Source: an uncultured virus (IMG/VR IMGVR_UViG_2867919565_000004) (Duplodnaviria > Heunggongvirae > Uroviricota > Caudoviricetes). From it: a stretch of 64,000 bases of DNA. Below the pieces are notes generated by a model, which saw only the letters and a list, made by a program, of their open reading frames with translations, searched no databases and was not told the DNA's origin. Shown piece by piece: positions 9,917-19,972 of this stretch. The position numbers were made by a program, and so were the translations under genes. Every line of letters starts with the position of its first letter. Position 1 is the first letter of the stretch. The stretch lies in IMG/VR virus record IMGVR_UViG_2867919565_000004, positions 1 to 64,000 of that record, one strand, 5' to 3'.

Positions 9917-10315
9917 CTAAAACACATAGTTGCACACAACTGGGATTGAGACTGCAGTTTTCTGTTTAGCTCTATAAAAATCATTCACCAGCTCAATGTC
10001 ACCAACTACATAGCTAATGTCTTTAAGTTCTTCGATTTTTTTATCAACTGGAAAAGTGTTTGGGCAATATGTTTTTCGATTTATCAATTTAATTAGAGCT
10101 TCTTCAATGGTTTGAATTTCAAATAAAAGAGTCCCATCATGTGTGCTATTTGCAGTCACTTTATAATCAAATTCTTCGTTAACACTTTTATCATAAGACA
10201 CATGCCCAAGCTTAAGATTGTCTAAGTCACCATGATAATCATCTAAATAACCACTTCTTTTAAAAAAGAGGGCAATCTGTTTATTTGGATTTAAGTATTC
10301 AGTTCTTTTACTCAT
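9917..10315 (-). CDS. Hypothetical protein
   Basis: GGGAGG RBS. Confidence 0.65.
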   Translation of the reverse strand: MSKRTEYLNPNKQIALFFKRSGYLDDYHGDLDNLKLGHVSYDKSVNEEFDYKVTANSTHDGTLLFEIQTIEEALIKLINRKTYCPNTFPVDKKIEELKDISYVVGDIELVNDFYRAKQKTAVSIPVVCNYVF

Positions 10316-10510
10316 GTTTTTCCTCCCTTAAAATTTGTATAAAAGTCTTCTTTTATAGATAACATCCCTGTTATCGACGCCTTTTGCAAAACCTTTTCAT
10401 TAAACAATTTCTTTGGATGGCATAATTGTTGAGCTTTTTGAGTATTTTAAGTTGTACCCTGGCTAAGACCCTCCACTGGACAAACATCATGATCTAAGCC
10501 AGGGCTTGTA

Positions 10511-11173
10511 TTACTTAGTTCCAGTCGATCCGTGACCACCTCGATCATCGTTGCCTAGATGATCTACCTCAATCAATTGAACTACAGGCATCTTCTTCAT
10601 GATTCTGAACTGACAGATACGTTCCCCCTTCTTAATCTCCGTATCACGTAATGCATAAGCTGGAAAGAACCAAAAATCATTGTCTCCCTTGTAAGACTCA
10701 TCAATAACACCCATTGAGTTTGTTTCAATGATGCCAAAGTTTTTAAATGTACTTGAACGAGGAACGACATGAGCTTCATATCCTTCTGGCAGCTCCATTG
10801 CTACTCCTAACGGGATAAGTTTAAATTCGTCCTTTTTGATTGTTATATCTTCAGCTGCACGAAGATCAATCCAATCACCCTGTTCAATTTTACTGATTCT
10901 CGTTTGTGTTTCGTCTAGGTATTTGATTTTGATTTGCAAATGCGGTTTTGAGTCTAAATCAAATAAATTGTGCTCCGGCTCATTAAAGAAATTGCTGTCT
11001 TTATCTTTTGAGAATTTCCCAATTAAACCATGATATTGACTACCAAGATTAGAGCTAGTAACTTTTTGACCACGTTGGCCACACTTCCTACAAATCCAAT
11101 TTATAGTGGTGCAAGATCCTCCAGTAATTCCAGATGAAGCATATACCTTATCATGATTTTTACAGATTTTCAT
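10511..11173 (-). CDS. yosS: dUTPase (YosS-like) with ~78-aa Cys-rich N-terminal extension
   Basis: [34 protein letters not shown] motifs. Confidence 0.9.
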   Translation of the reverse strand: MKICKNHDKVYASSGITGGSCTTINWICRKCGQRGQKVTSSNLGSQYHGLIGKFSKDKDSNFFNEPEHNLFDLDSKPHLQIKIKYLDETQTRISKIEQGDWIDLRAAEDITIKKDEFKLIPLGVAMELPEGYEAHVVPRSSTFKNFGIIETNSMGVIDESYKGDNDFWFFPAYALRDTEIKKGERICQFRIMKKMPVVQLIEVDHLGNDDRGGHGSTGTK

Positions 11174-11204
11174 TTAATCTCTCCTTGTCTCTATATAATA
11201 TCGT

Positions 11205-11711
11205 TTACTTTTCAAGATCAACTTTGTATTCCTGAGTTACAGTATGCTTCGGTAAAAAGAAATCATATGATTTTTCCTTAAATGGCTGGTTTTCACCGAA
11301 CATGAACCTTACAAATTTATTCGTATATTCATAGCGATACTTTTTCACATGTGGAGTTTTATAGTCTCCTTCTTTTACTCTAGAAGTTTCTGCTTTAACT
11401 TTATGTACTGACTTAAATCCTTTCTTTTCACTTACGAAATAAAAATATTGTGTATCATCAATGATCCCTGAACCAAGCACGAATTTGCCACTGGGATTTA
11501 AAGAATCCTTAATTGAATAAACACTTACCTTTTCTTCTAATACTGCGTGGTTATCAAAGGGATAAAACCCAATCACTCCAACACAAAAAAGTGTAACAAT
11601 AACTGCCACGATCCCACAGAAAAATGAATAAATCAATTCCCCGTATGTATCTATTAATACAACTATTGTTGTTATAATAAGCACAATTCCAGCTAGTATC
11701 AATATCCCCAT
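11205..11711 (-). CDS. Membrane-anchored phage protein
   Basis: Two N-terminal hydrophobic helices. Confidence 0.7.
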   Translation of the reverse strand: MGILILAGIVLIITTIVVLIDTYGELIYSFFCGIVAVIVTLFCVGVIGFYPFDNHAVLEEKVSVYSIKDSLNPSGKFVLGSGIIDDTQYFYFVSEKKGFKSVHKVKAETSRVKEGDYKTPHVKKYRYEYTNKFVRFMFGENQPFKEKSYDFFLPKHTVTQEYKVDLEK

Positions 11712-11959
11712 TATTGACCCCTTAAATTATTTATTAGGGCGTCTAACTCATCAGGCTTAAAGCCAATACTCCGCTTTACTTCTTCTCCTTGATCGCTCAG
11801 CAGAATGGTTACCGGTACTCCCATGACACCAAATCTAGCCGCTACTTCTGGTTCTTGTGTAACGTCAACTGTCTCAAATTGAATATTTGCTTGTTCTAAG
11901 TAATTGGACACCATTTTACATGGATTGCAATTAGGCTGCTCTAATTTAATTATTCTCAT
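11711..11959 (-). CDS. yosR: NrdH/thioredoxin-like redoxin
   Basis: CNPC active site, GVMGVPV. Confidence 0.85.
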   Translation of the reverse strand: MRIIKLEQPNCNPCKMVSNYLEQANIQFETVDVTQEPEVAARFGVMGVPVTILLSDQGEEVKRSIGFKPDELDALINNLRGQ

Positions 11960-11983
11960 TATACTGATACCTCCTCAAAGTAC

Positions 11984-12721
11984 TTAAGCACTTTTATTTT
12001 TCCAATTAGATTTCTTAATTAGTTTAAAAGTCCAACCATTGTAGTCCGAACGCTCCCCTCGTAAGCATTTCTGTATTATTGCACGGTGCAGGCCGAACTT
12101 TTTAGAAAAAGGTCGAAGTCCCTCTACTCGTATAATTTCACCGTCAGGAGATTTGGCCATAAAGTGCAAACGAGCATTCGTTAAATCTCGATAAGCATTA
12201 TTGATTTCCCTGGTGACAAAGCAACAAGTTTCTAAGGAATAAATCTTTTGACTTTTCGGTATTCTTTGTTGTTTCATGTCTTTATCAAGAAAGAGTTTTC
12301 GCTTATTGAAAAGATCCTCATCATATCCCTCTATCTTTGAAACATCTTCTAGAAAATTCTTAAAACAATGCCATCTCTCACAAACTCTAATCCCAGAACC
12401 GCCATAGTTAGAATACTGTGGGCAACTGACATCGTAGCACCGTTCTAGCATCCCCTTCCAAACGGAGTATACATTCTTCACATCTACCATCTTTACATCA
12501 CCAAGATACCCTACTCCGAACACTGAGCGCTCATATCGGTCTTTTATTTTTCCACGTTTAATTTCAACCTTTTCTACGTCCCGTTCGTATCCGGTCTTTA
12601 TGAATCGTATTCTAAATAATTTTGTTCCATTTTTCTTTTGTCCATTTGTCCGTAGAACCTTATATTTCTGACCATGATTATTCGAGAACACGCTCCCGAT
12701 CAGATCTTTTTCAATCCTCAA
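11984..12721 (-). CDS. Free-standing HNH-like homing endonuclease
   Basis: [12 protein letters not shown]...[29 protein letters not shown]-terminal HTH-like tail; start approximate. Confidence 0.75.
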   Translation of the reverse strand: MRIEKDLIGSVFSNNHGQKYKVLRTNGQKKNGTKLFRIRFIKTGYERDVEKVEIKRGKIKDRYERSVFGVGYLGDVKMVDVKNVYSVWKGMLERCYDVSCPQYSNYGGSGIRVCERWHCFKNFLEDVSKIEGYDEDLFNKRKLFLDKDMKQQRIPKSQKIYSLETCCFVTREINNAYRDLTNARLHFMAKSPDGEIIRVEGLRPFSKKFGLHRAIIQKCLRGERSDYNGWTFKLIKKSNWKNKSA

Positions 12722-13685
12722 AATAAAAATCCTCATTTTTTAAGGCTTCAGCAGTAGCCTTCCTGTAAGAATTCCCTTTTTGACTAAAGAAGTCCATAGA
12801 CTTGGTTTTTGTACTCAATCCGTTCAACACTACTGGATTAATTTCTTCTTCATGGAAATAGTGGTCAAATCCCAGATTATTTAAGGCTTTATTTGCGTTA
12901 TAACGAATAAACTTTTTTACATCATGAGTTAGCCCAACTGGATCATATAAATCTGTTGTATAATCAAGCTCGTTTTCATATAAGTCGAGCAGCAAATCAA
13001 TAGCCCATTCATACAGCTCTTTTTTCTTGATTTCAGTTTGTTTGCTATAGATTTCCTGAGCCAGTAATCCAGTGTATACGCCGTGCAGTGCCTCGTCACG
13101 GATAATAAGGTTGACTATTTCTCCGCTATTCATTAGCTTCCCTTGTCCGTAGAAATATAACGGATAATAGAAACCGCTGTAGAAAAGGAAGCTTTCTAAG
13201 TAAACGGAAGCAACCATCGCTTTGAACAGCGAAATCTCATCGTCTTTTTTGATAGCGCGGTACAGTCCGACAACGGTTTGGGCTTTTTTCTGCAGGTACT
13301 TATTCTGCTTTACCCATTCAAACACTTCGTTGATCGTTTCAGTCGGAGCAAGTGTCATAAAAATATTCGAATATGATTTTGCGTGCACCGCGTTTTCCAT
13401 CATCGCCATGAAATTAAGAACCGCTTTTCGCTGATGGCCTTCTACGTGCTCGGCCACAATCGGCATGCCCGTGTTCCCCTGCTCTGTATCAAGCAGTGTC
13501 AGGCCGGCGAGCACCTTCATGTACGTATCCTGCTCATTTTTACCCAAGTACTTCCAAGTGAGGAGATCGCCGTTTAATGCAATCTCTTCGGGAAGCCAGA
13601 ACTGCTTTACGTTTTGGTTGTAAAACATTTGGGTAAAATCATCTTCATGCTTTGACCAGTTTGCTGCGTCATAAATTTTTGTCAA
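12711..13685 (-). CDS. nrdF: Ribonucleotide reductase class Ib beta subunit, no intron
   Basis: [34 protein letters not shown]. Confidence 0.95.
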   Translation of the reverse strand: MTKIYDAANWSKHEDDFTQMFYNQNVKQFWLPEEIALNGDLLTWKYLGKNEQDTYMKVLAGLTLLDTEQGNTGMPIVAEHVEGHQRKAVLNFMAMMENAVHAKSYSNIFMTLAPTETINEVFEWVKQNKYLQKKAQTVVGLYRAIKKDDEISLFKAMVASVYLESFLFYSGFYYPLYFYGQGKLMNSGEIVNLIIRDEALHGVYTGLLAQEIYSKQTEIKKKELYEWAIDLLLDLYENELDYTTDLYDPVGLTHDVKKFIRYNANKALNNLGFDHYFHEEEINPVVLNGLSTKTKSMDFFSQKGNSYRKATAEALKNEDFYFED

Positions 13686-13799
13686 TTAATCATGTCCTTT
13701 CAATTGAAATATTTTTTCGTAAAAAATGTAGTTCATTTTAAAAGCTGAATTGACAGACTCCTATATTACTGTCTAAACATTCGAAAGGAATGAAAGACA

Positions 13800-14018
13800 G
13801 TGAATTTTTTAGATAACCTTATATCTTTGTTAGAGAGCCCTGTCATTTCAAAAGGATGGTGGCGTGATAGGCTTTTATCATATTTAATCGAATATATGTT
13901 GAAGTTTATATTTGGCTTACTTTGTAACGCTTTAATGAGAATATTTAAAAAAATTAAGTGTAAGCGACGTCCGGGGGATCCTGTTAATTTTGAACCAAAA
14001 CGTAAAGGCACCTATTAA
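13800..14018 (+). CDS. Small antisense-oriented protein between nrdE and nrdF
   Basis: AAAGGA RBS, GTG start, hydrophobic core and basic tail. Confidence 0.45.
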   Translation: MNFLDNLISLLESPVISKGWWRDRLLSYLIEYMLKFIFGLLCNALMRIFKKIKCKRRPGDPVNFEPKRKGTY

Positions 14019-17000
14019 ACTACACAGGACAAGCATCCCTCTTGGGTCGTATCCTTTGTTCTTGCATAATACAAGGTCTTAATTCCTTTATGATGAGCGT
14101 AGAGATCTATTCTATTCAGGTCTCTCGTCGTCATCGTATCCTTTAAGAACAGCGTAAATGAAATCCCTTGGTCAACGTGCTGCTGAATAGTTGCAATTAG
14201 ATCAACTACCTTAAACATATCCATGTCGTACGCTTCCTTATAAAAGAACCAATTCTGAGCCGATAAACCTGGCATAGGATAATATGTCTTACTGTTTCCG
14301 TATGTACGTTCCTCAATTCTCTCCATAATAGGCATTACACCGGCTGTAGATGATTGGACATATGAGATGCTTCCCGTAGGTGCAATTGCCTGTCTATAAG
14401 AGTGATACAAGCCATATTTCATAACATCTTCTTTAAGCTTCAACCAATCTTCAATGTTAGGAATATGTTGATCTCCAAACAGGCTTTTAACCTTTTCATA
14501 TTTAGGGCTATAATCATTTGTCACGTACTTATCAAAATACTCACCTGATTTGTAGGTCGACCCATCAAACTTGTAGTACGTCTCCCCTGTTTCTCTTGCA
14601 ATTTCCATTGAACGCTGCAGGGAGTAGAAATTAACCATCATAAAGTATGTATTTGCAAAATCCTTAGCTTCTTCACTTTCGTAAGCGATTTTATTTTGAG
14701 CCAGAAAACCATGCAGGTTCATCTGCCCCAGACCAATTGATCGCATTAGTGTATTTGCTCTCGCAACAGCTGGGGCATTAACAATGTTTGTTTTTCTTGT
14801 AACAGTTGTCAATGAGTCAATTGCAATTCTGACCGTTGAAGCAATTGATTGGTTACTCATTACGTTTACAATGTTCATTGAACCAAGATTGCAAGAGATA
14901 TCTAATCCAATTTTGTCCTCTTGATCGTAATCTGTATAAATTGATACTTGTGATGCTTGGAGCACCTCTGAGCAGTTGCCAGTAACAATCCCATTGAAAA
15001 TCAGGGAGTGATAGTCTTCCTGTGTTGTATCATAAACATCCTCAACACCATCTTCTACAATGCTAATAATTTCAGTTGTAAAATCATGCTTTGGCTTTCT
15101 TGACTTAGGTTGCAATGTCACAGTTAGCAAATTGAATTTATAAATATCGTATTCCTTCATTTCAACAACACTCATAAACAACTCTCTTGAGTTTCTATCT
15201 TGAATACTTAGTTTGTGTGTTGGCTTTACATTGTAGAGCTTAGAACCGCCTTTCCCATCAGGAAGGAGTTCTTGTGAACGCTTGTTGTTAGAATAGATCG
15301 TTGTATAAATACCCATGTTCAGTAATAGCTTCTGAACGTCCTGAAGGCTCTCATAGTGAATGGATGCTAACTCAATAGTTAATGCTTTGGCTTTATGATT
15401 TGCATTTACGCACCCATCAGTCTGAAATAAACCCGATAAATAAGCTGCTTGCGTTTCCTTATTAGCTTGAAAAATGAATTCTGGGACTCTTGTTTTTGTT
15501 CCTTTGTTCATACCGAACTTCTTCAAGATGTCAAATAAGACAGTGCTATTCATGTAGAGCAAATCCTGTTTATCTGGATTGGCCATATTAAATGTTGGAA
15601 CCAGTGATGTATTGTGTTTATATACACGATCGAGTTTGTGTTTTTGTATAACCCGATGTACGGCTTCAGTAACTTTCTGCTCAAGAACTTTTTTATTGTC
15701 ATATAAATAAATCTTGGCAGTTTTATCGGTAATGGTTCCATCACCAGCAATAATACCCATGATGTAAGCAAGATCTGGCTCATGAATGTCACCGTATGCT
15801 CCTTCAGCTGATTGGACTAATAGTTTATCGCCCGTTTTCAGTTGATTCAATTGGAGCTTTTGAATTTCACCATCTCTTTTCACATAGAATTTGTGCCACT
15901 CAGTTGCCCTTATTTCATATCCTTGCTTCGTTTTGACTTTAAATATTTCCGCATCTTTTTTAGTCAATTGCATTGGAATTGCATCTACTATTGAAGTACC
16001 TTTGCTGCCAACTGCAAAATCTTTTGTTCTATTATCAATGACCACTTTAAGCTCATTCTGCTTTTTGTAAAGATCGGCTGCTTTTTCATATCCATTCTCA
16101 GTTAAAAGAAGTGTTTCTCCAGTAACGCACAAATTAGAAAACTTCACTTTTGAAATATGTTCATTTGGATGCACTTTATTTACATTGTCAGCAAACATGA
16201 TATAAGGATAGCCAGATTCGCTTCTTAGAATGGCCAATTGCTCCAACAGCTTTCGAGCATTCCCTTTTGCTTTTCTAACCCTCGGGTTTTCAACAAGCTC
16301 ATCATACATTTTATTGATGTCCATCTCATCAAGATACTGCCCAAATTCTTTGTAAACTGAATGAGGATAGAACATGTAAAAGTCCTTATCTTCTCTTGCC
16401 AATTCAATGAATTTATCAGGAACAACTACACCAATGGATAGTGTTTTAACTCGGACATCTTCATCAGCACTTATTTTTTTGGTATCCAGGAAGTCTGTGA
16501 TGTCTGGATGGAATACACTTAGATAAACTGCTCCTGACCCTTGTCTTTGTCCCATCTGATCTGCATACCTAAAAGCATTATCAAGAAGTTTCATCACGCC
16601 TACGACACCTTTTGTTACATTTTCCACATCTTTAATGGCTTCGCCTTTGGCTCTTAATTTATTTAAGTTTAATGCTACACCACCGCCTAACTTAGACAGC
16701 TGCATGGAAATATCGATCGCCCGTGAAATGTCATTCAAACTGTCGCCTACTTCAAGTAAGAAGCAACTGACCATTTCACCCCTTCGCTTACGACCAGCAT
16801 TAATGAAAGCCGGTGTAGCTGGTTGATACTCTTGTTTCATCATAGTATGCACTTGCTCAACCGCTTTTTTATAATCTCCCCTTGCGAAAAATAAAGCTAC
16901 AATTGAGACACGATCCTCATATCTTTCTAGGATTTTTGTTTTGTCGTTTGTTTTCAATGCATAGTCATTGTAGAATTTAAAGGCACTCATGAAAGATGGA

Positions 17001-17269
17001 AATCTGAATTTGTAACTGTAAGCAATTTTATAAATTGATTTAATCTGTTCAAATGTGTATTTACTTAAGAATTCTTCTTCGTAATAATCGTTTTTAATCA
17101 GGTAATCCAGTTTTTCTTTTAAGTCATGGAAAAAGACTGTGTTTTGATTAATGTAATCAACAAAGTAACTGTGTACTGCCTCCTTATCCTTCTCAAATTG
17201 AAACTTACCGTCTTTCTGAATCATGATCTCATTATTGAGCTTGATCCACTTTGGTATTGTGTTTGTCAA
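14015..17269 (-). CDS. nrdE: Ribonucleotide reductase class Ib alpha subunit with intein
   Basis: PATP, SCFLL, SNLC-intein-CSE, APTGSIS, KTLYY, CLSCVV; TTG start after GGGAGG. Confidence 0.96.
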   Translation of the reverse strand: MTNTIPKWIKLNNEIMIQKDGKFQFEKDKEAVHSYFVDYINQNTVFFHDLKEKLDYLIKNDYYEEEFLSKYTFEQIKSIYKIAYSYKFRFPSFMSAFKFYNDYALKTNDKTKILERYEDRVSIVALFFARGDYKKAVEQVHTMMKQEYQPATPAFINAGRKRRGEMVSCFLLEVGDSLNDISRAIDISMQLSKLGGGVALNLNKLRAKGEAIKDVENVTKGVVGVMKLLDNAFRYADQMGQRQGSGAVYLSVFHPDITDFLDTKKISADEDVRVKTLSIGVVVPDKFIELAREDKDFYMFYPHSVYKEFGQYLDEMDINKMYDELVENPRVRKAKGNARKLLEQLAILRSESGYPYIMFADNVNKVHPNEHISKVKFSNLCVTGETLLLTENGYEKAADLYKKQNELKVVIDNRTKDFAVGSKGTSIVDAIPMQLTKKDAEIFKVKTKQGYEIRATEWHKFYVKRDGEIQKLQLNQLKTGDKLLVQSAEGAYGDIHEPDLAYIMGIIAGDGTITDKTAKIYLYDNKKVLEQKVTEAVHRVIQKHKLDRVYKHNTSLVPTFNMANPDKQDLLYMNSTVLFDILKKFGMNKGTKTRVPEFIFQANKETQAAYLSGLFQTDGCVNANHKAKALTIELASIHYESLQDVQKLLLNMGIYTTIYSNNKRSQELLPDGKGGSKLYNVKPTHKLSIQDRNSRELFMSVVEMKEYDIYKFNLLTVTLQPKSRKPKHDFTTEIISIVEDGVEDVYDTTQEDYHSLIFNGIVTGNCSEVLQASQVSIYTDYDQEDKIGLDISCNLGSMNIVNVMSNQSIASTVRIAIDSLTTVTRKTNIVNAPAVARANTLMRSIGLGQMNLHGFLAQNKIAYESEEAKDFANTYFMMVNFYSLQRSMEIARETGETYYKFDGSTYKSGEYFDKYVTNDYSPKYEKVKSLFGDQHIPNIEDWLKLKEDVMKYGLYHSYRQAIAPTGSISYVQSSTAGVMPIMERIEERTYGNSKTYYPMPGLSAQNWFFYKEAYDMDMFKVVDLIATIQQHVDQGISFTLFLKDTMTTRDLNRIDLYAHHKGIKTLYYARTKDTTQEGCLSCVV
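14975..16129 (-). mobile_element. 385-aa intein with LAGLIDADG endonuclease
   Basis: CVTGETLL...GIVTGN|C; MGIIAGDG and LSGLFQTDG motifs; inserted at the catalytic NLC site. Confidence 0.93.
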
Positions 17270-17627
17270 TAAGTTGTACCTCCCGATTAATCTTCTGTAA
17301 GTCTTGTTTTGATCCACTTAGTTCAAACTTTAATAACAATGGTACATGGAACATTGCTGAAAGCTTGTCCCCAGCTAAACCATAGTTATCACCCCAAACC
17401 TTGTTACCACTCACAGCAACTCCTTTTATTTTATTTTTATTATTAATAATAAAATTTAAAGTCCTTTCAGGTACTTCCCCAAAGCCTATCGTATATGTAA
17501 TATGTAAGAATTCTTCTTCAACAATTAAGTCATCTGTAATTTCAATGATGTCAAAGTTTGACTCCCTTTGTAATGCTTGAGCAAACCTTTTAACGTTACC
17601 TGTCTTGCTTTCATATGTAATAATCAA
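17232..17627 (-). CDS. nrdI: Flavodoxin NrdI
   Basis: YESKTGNVKRF, YTIGFGEVP, SGNKVWG, KFELSG. Confidence 0.93.
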   Translation of the reverse strand: MIITYESKTGNVKRFAQALQRESNFDIIEITDDLIVEEEFLHITYTIGFGEVPERTLNFIINNKNKIKGVAVSGNKVWGDNYGLAGDKLSAMFHVPLLLKFELSGSKQDLQKINREVQLIDKHNTKVDQAQ

Positions 17628-17974
17628 TATTCTTTATATTCCTCGTTAACTAAGCTATTCGTAGTTGTTTCTGCTTCATTTTCAGCATGATGGAATGCTT
17701 CAGACATTTCTAAATTGATCTCAGCCATCTCAGCATAGCCTTTGGCCATTTGAGCTTCATGGTCTGATAGCTCTGTCATCGGTACTGGAACGTAGTTATC
17801 CTTCTGCTCTTGCGTGATAACCATTTGATCCCCTTCTAAATTGGTCGCAATCAGTTCTCCTTTTAAAGCAGTGTATGAACCACCATTCTTCATATGTACT
17901 TGCGTATTTTCTTTTGCTTCATCCAAGGTTACAAAGTGACTGCGCTTCACGTATAATTGTCTAGCAGCTCCCAT
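17624..17974 (-). CDS. yosL: YosL-like protein with MazE(NdoAI)-like C-terminus
   Basis: MAKGYAEMAEINLEMSEAFHHAENEAETT; position upstream of nrdI. Confidence 0.8.
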   Translation of the reverse strand: MGAARQLYVKRSHFVTLDEAKENTQVHMKNGGSYTALKGELIATNLEGDQMVITQEQKDNYVPVPMTELSDHEAQMAKGYAEMAEINLEMSEAFHHAENEAETTTNSLVNEEYKEY

Positions 17975-17992
17975 TCCACAACTCCCTTTTCT

Positions 17993-18142
17993 CTATTTTT
18001 TGATTTTATCTTTTTCGTGTCTTAAGTCCAACTCATACATATCATTGAGAATATGGTCAATAACAACATCGCTAAATTTACCGAATGCCTTATAACCAAT
18101 TAATTTGCTTCTTAGATCTCTCCACTTTCTTGCTGCACTCAT
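17993..18142 (-). CDS. Hypothetical protein, 49 aa
   Basis: MSAARKWRDLRSKLIGY...; AAGGGG RBS. Confidence 0.55.
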   Translation of the reverse strand: MSAARKWRDLRSKLIGYKAFGKFSDVVIDHILNDMYELDLRHEKDKIKK

Positions 18143-18189
18143 TTTACTTCCCCTTCCTATGAAACTGTGATTTTATAAAGTTATTCCTG

Positions 18190-18462
18190 TTATAATAAAT
18201 GTCCATCCATTACAACAATATCTTCTTCTCTGCCTTTTAAATTGTTTGTAATCTCATCTTTAAAGAAGAATCCTTGTTCAAATCCAGTTCTATGAATGTA
18301 GGCTTTTACTGCATGGTCTAATGAAACTTCCTGCATTTCATTGCTAAGATTCTCTTCGTCATCTGTAGCAACTCCTTCAATGTAAAGTTTCATTGCATCT
18401 TCCTTTGTATTTGCCTTGATTAATGCGTAATATGGATCGCCCACCTCAAAGAATTTCATCAT
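18190..18462 (-). CDS. Hypothetical protein, paralog of 52171-52446
   Basis: MKFFEVGDPYYALIKA...MDGHLL. Confidence 0.7.
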   Translation of the reverse strand: MMKFFEVGDPYYALIKANTKEDAMKLYIEGVATDDEENLSNEMQEVSLDHAVKAYIHRTGFEQGFFFKDEITNNLKGREEDIVVMDGHLL

Positions 18463-18468
18463 ATTTCG

Positions 18469-18690
18469 TCAACTCCTAATGTATTTTTGTGTGAATCTCT
18501 TAATCTCTTTACCATCAACAACCACTTTTCCAAAGAACATTTCTTTAGGTCTTGCCCAAAGAACACCGTCTTGGTCTTCATATGTAACAAGTTTCTCTTC
18601 TGTCTCAGTATGAATGACCTCTCCAATAACCTTATATAGACCACCTTTATAATGTTTAAACCGACAACCGATAAAATCAAAAGTGTCTAT
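18469..18690 (-). CDS. DUF1653-family protein, ATA start
   Basis: Different frame from tracked ORF: RFKHYKGGLYKVIG..HTETEEKLVTY...WARPKEMF...KRF. Confidence 0.75.
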   Translation of the reverse strand: MDTFDFIGCRFKHYKGGLYKVIGEVIHTETEEKLVTYEDQDGVLWARPKEMFFGKVVVDGKEIKRFTQKYIRS

Positions 18691-18711
18691 TCTAATCCCC
18701 TCTTTCTATTT

Positions 18712-19080
18712 TTAAATCTTCTTATCAAGAATATCTTTGATGCCTTGCAGAGTTGTTTTATATTCGCTGTCCAGGTCATCTACATCTAATTTTGTTGAGA
18801 CTCGATAGTTTCCTGAGTTGTCGTACATTGTAATGAAAGCTTCCGTATCACCCTCTTTAGCACTAAAAGTGATATCGTAAAGATCAACCTGATCTGCTCC
18901 GTTTTCATTTTTTAACTCCTCAATAAAATCAGGCTGCATTATGTTGAATAATTCTTTAGCTGTTGTGAATTTTATTTGTTCTAGCAAGCTATCTTCTTTA
19001 TAATCAAATGTCTCGAAATAAAGGTTGAACGTGATATAGCCTTCTACAGAATTTCCATGTTTGGTGTATTCCATTTTCAT
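18712..19080 (-). CDS. Hypothetical acidic protein
   Basis: GGAGG RBS. Confidence 0.65.
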   Translation of the reverse strand: MKMEYTKHGNSVEGYITFNLYFETFDYKEDSLLEQIKFTTAKELFNIMQPDFIEELKNENGADQVDLYDITFSAKEGDTEAFITMYDNSGNYRVSTKLDVDDLDSEYKTTLQGIKDILDKKI

Positions 19081-19130
19081 TCCTCCAATTTATAGAGTAA
19101 TCTATTTCATTTTTGTTTAAAATCATCCTT

Positions 19131-19505
19131 TTATTCAGTTTTCAAAAGTCCAGGGTTTTCATAGATGTTTCCAATGATTTCAAGATCGCCTACCATGAAT
19201 GCGCCAGCGTCATCTCCGATACCTAAGTCAAGATAATAACTAGCATGCCTGTTGTCGTACTTAACGACGAACTTTGTATCTGTATTGTGTTCTAAAATAA
19301 TATCCCCCTCATAAATCTCTCTGTGGTATTTGTCCTTTAATCCGGTGTATTGCATTAAAGGTGATACATTTGAAAACTCGTTTCTGAAATAACAAGCTAA
19401 CTCCTCTTCGTCATTATTGAGAATTTCATCCCAGTCAATCATTCGCGGGAATTCTTGACCGTCTCTTTCCTCTGTATGATAAGCTCGAAATTTGATTTCC
19501 CTCAT
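19131..19505 (-). CDS. YopX-family protein
   Basis: MREIKFRA, LMQYTGLKDK, EIYEGDI, EIIGNIYENP. Confidence 0.85.
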   Translation of the reverse strand: MREIKFRAYHTEERDGQEFPRMIDWDEILNNDEEELACYFRNEFSNVSPLMQYTGLKDKYHREIYEGDIILEHNTDTKFVVKYDNRHASYYLDLGIGDDAGAFMVGDLEIIGNIYENPGLLKTE

Positions 19506-19549
19506 TCTCCTTACCTCCTTATTGTTTTTGTATAAAATAAAACTTTCAT

Positions 19550-19972
19550 TTATATCTCACCTGCTACACAGAATTTCCAAAACCTCTTCCACCAGGAAGT
19601 TTTACGTTTTTCTTCTTCCTCTTTAAAGCGTTCATAGTTTTCTTTAACTTGCTGATTCCATTTCTGTATTTTTTCTTGTGTTTGAATCGCTTTTTCAAGG
19701 CTCTCTTTATCTTCAATTGTTTTAATTACCTTGTCAGTCTGATATGTCCATTCATTTTTTGTGTTGCGCTGCCTGTCTGTTACGACTACGTATTCGTTAA
19801 GCCCTGGGATATACACTTTCCCTTCGATTTCAATTGGGTCTAAGTCGATGATCCCTTCAAAAAATGACTGGTATTCACATTGCTGCTCAATTGGGACAAG
19901 GGCATCACACAGGCCTAATGTCCAACTTTTCTTAATTACCTTCCCTTCAAATGTTGCTTTATGGCGTACCAC
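19550..19972 (-). CDS. Hypothetical protein
   Basis: AAGGAGG RBS, GTG start. Confidence 0.65.
   Translation of the reverse strand: MVRHKATFEGKVIKKSWTLGLCDALVPIEQQCEYQSFFEGIIDLDPIEIEGKVYIPGLNEYVVVTDRQRNTKNEWTYQTDKVIKTIEDKESLEKAIQTQEKIQKWNQQVKENYERFKEEEEKRKTSWWKRFWKFCVAGEI

Noticed and set aside
12711..17269. Group I introns in nrdE/nrdF as in SPbeta
   Set aside because: Both frames are continuous and full length; only the intein is present
18459..18680. Tracked 73-aa ORF MILSVVGL
   Set aside because: Wrong frame; the overlapping frame encodes a clear DUF1653 protein
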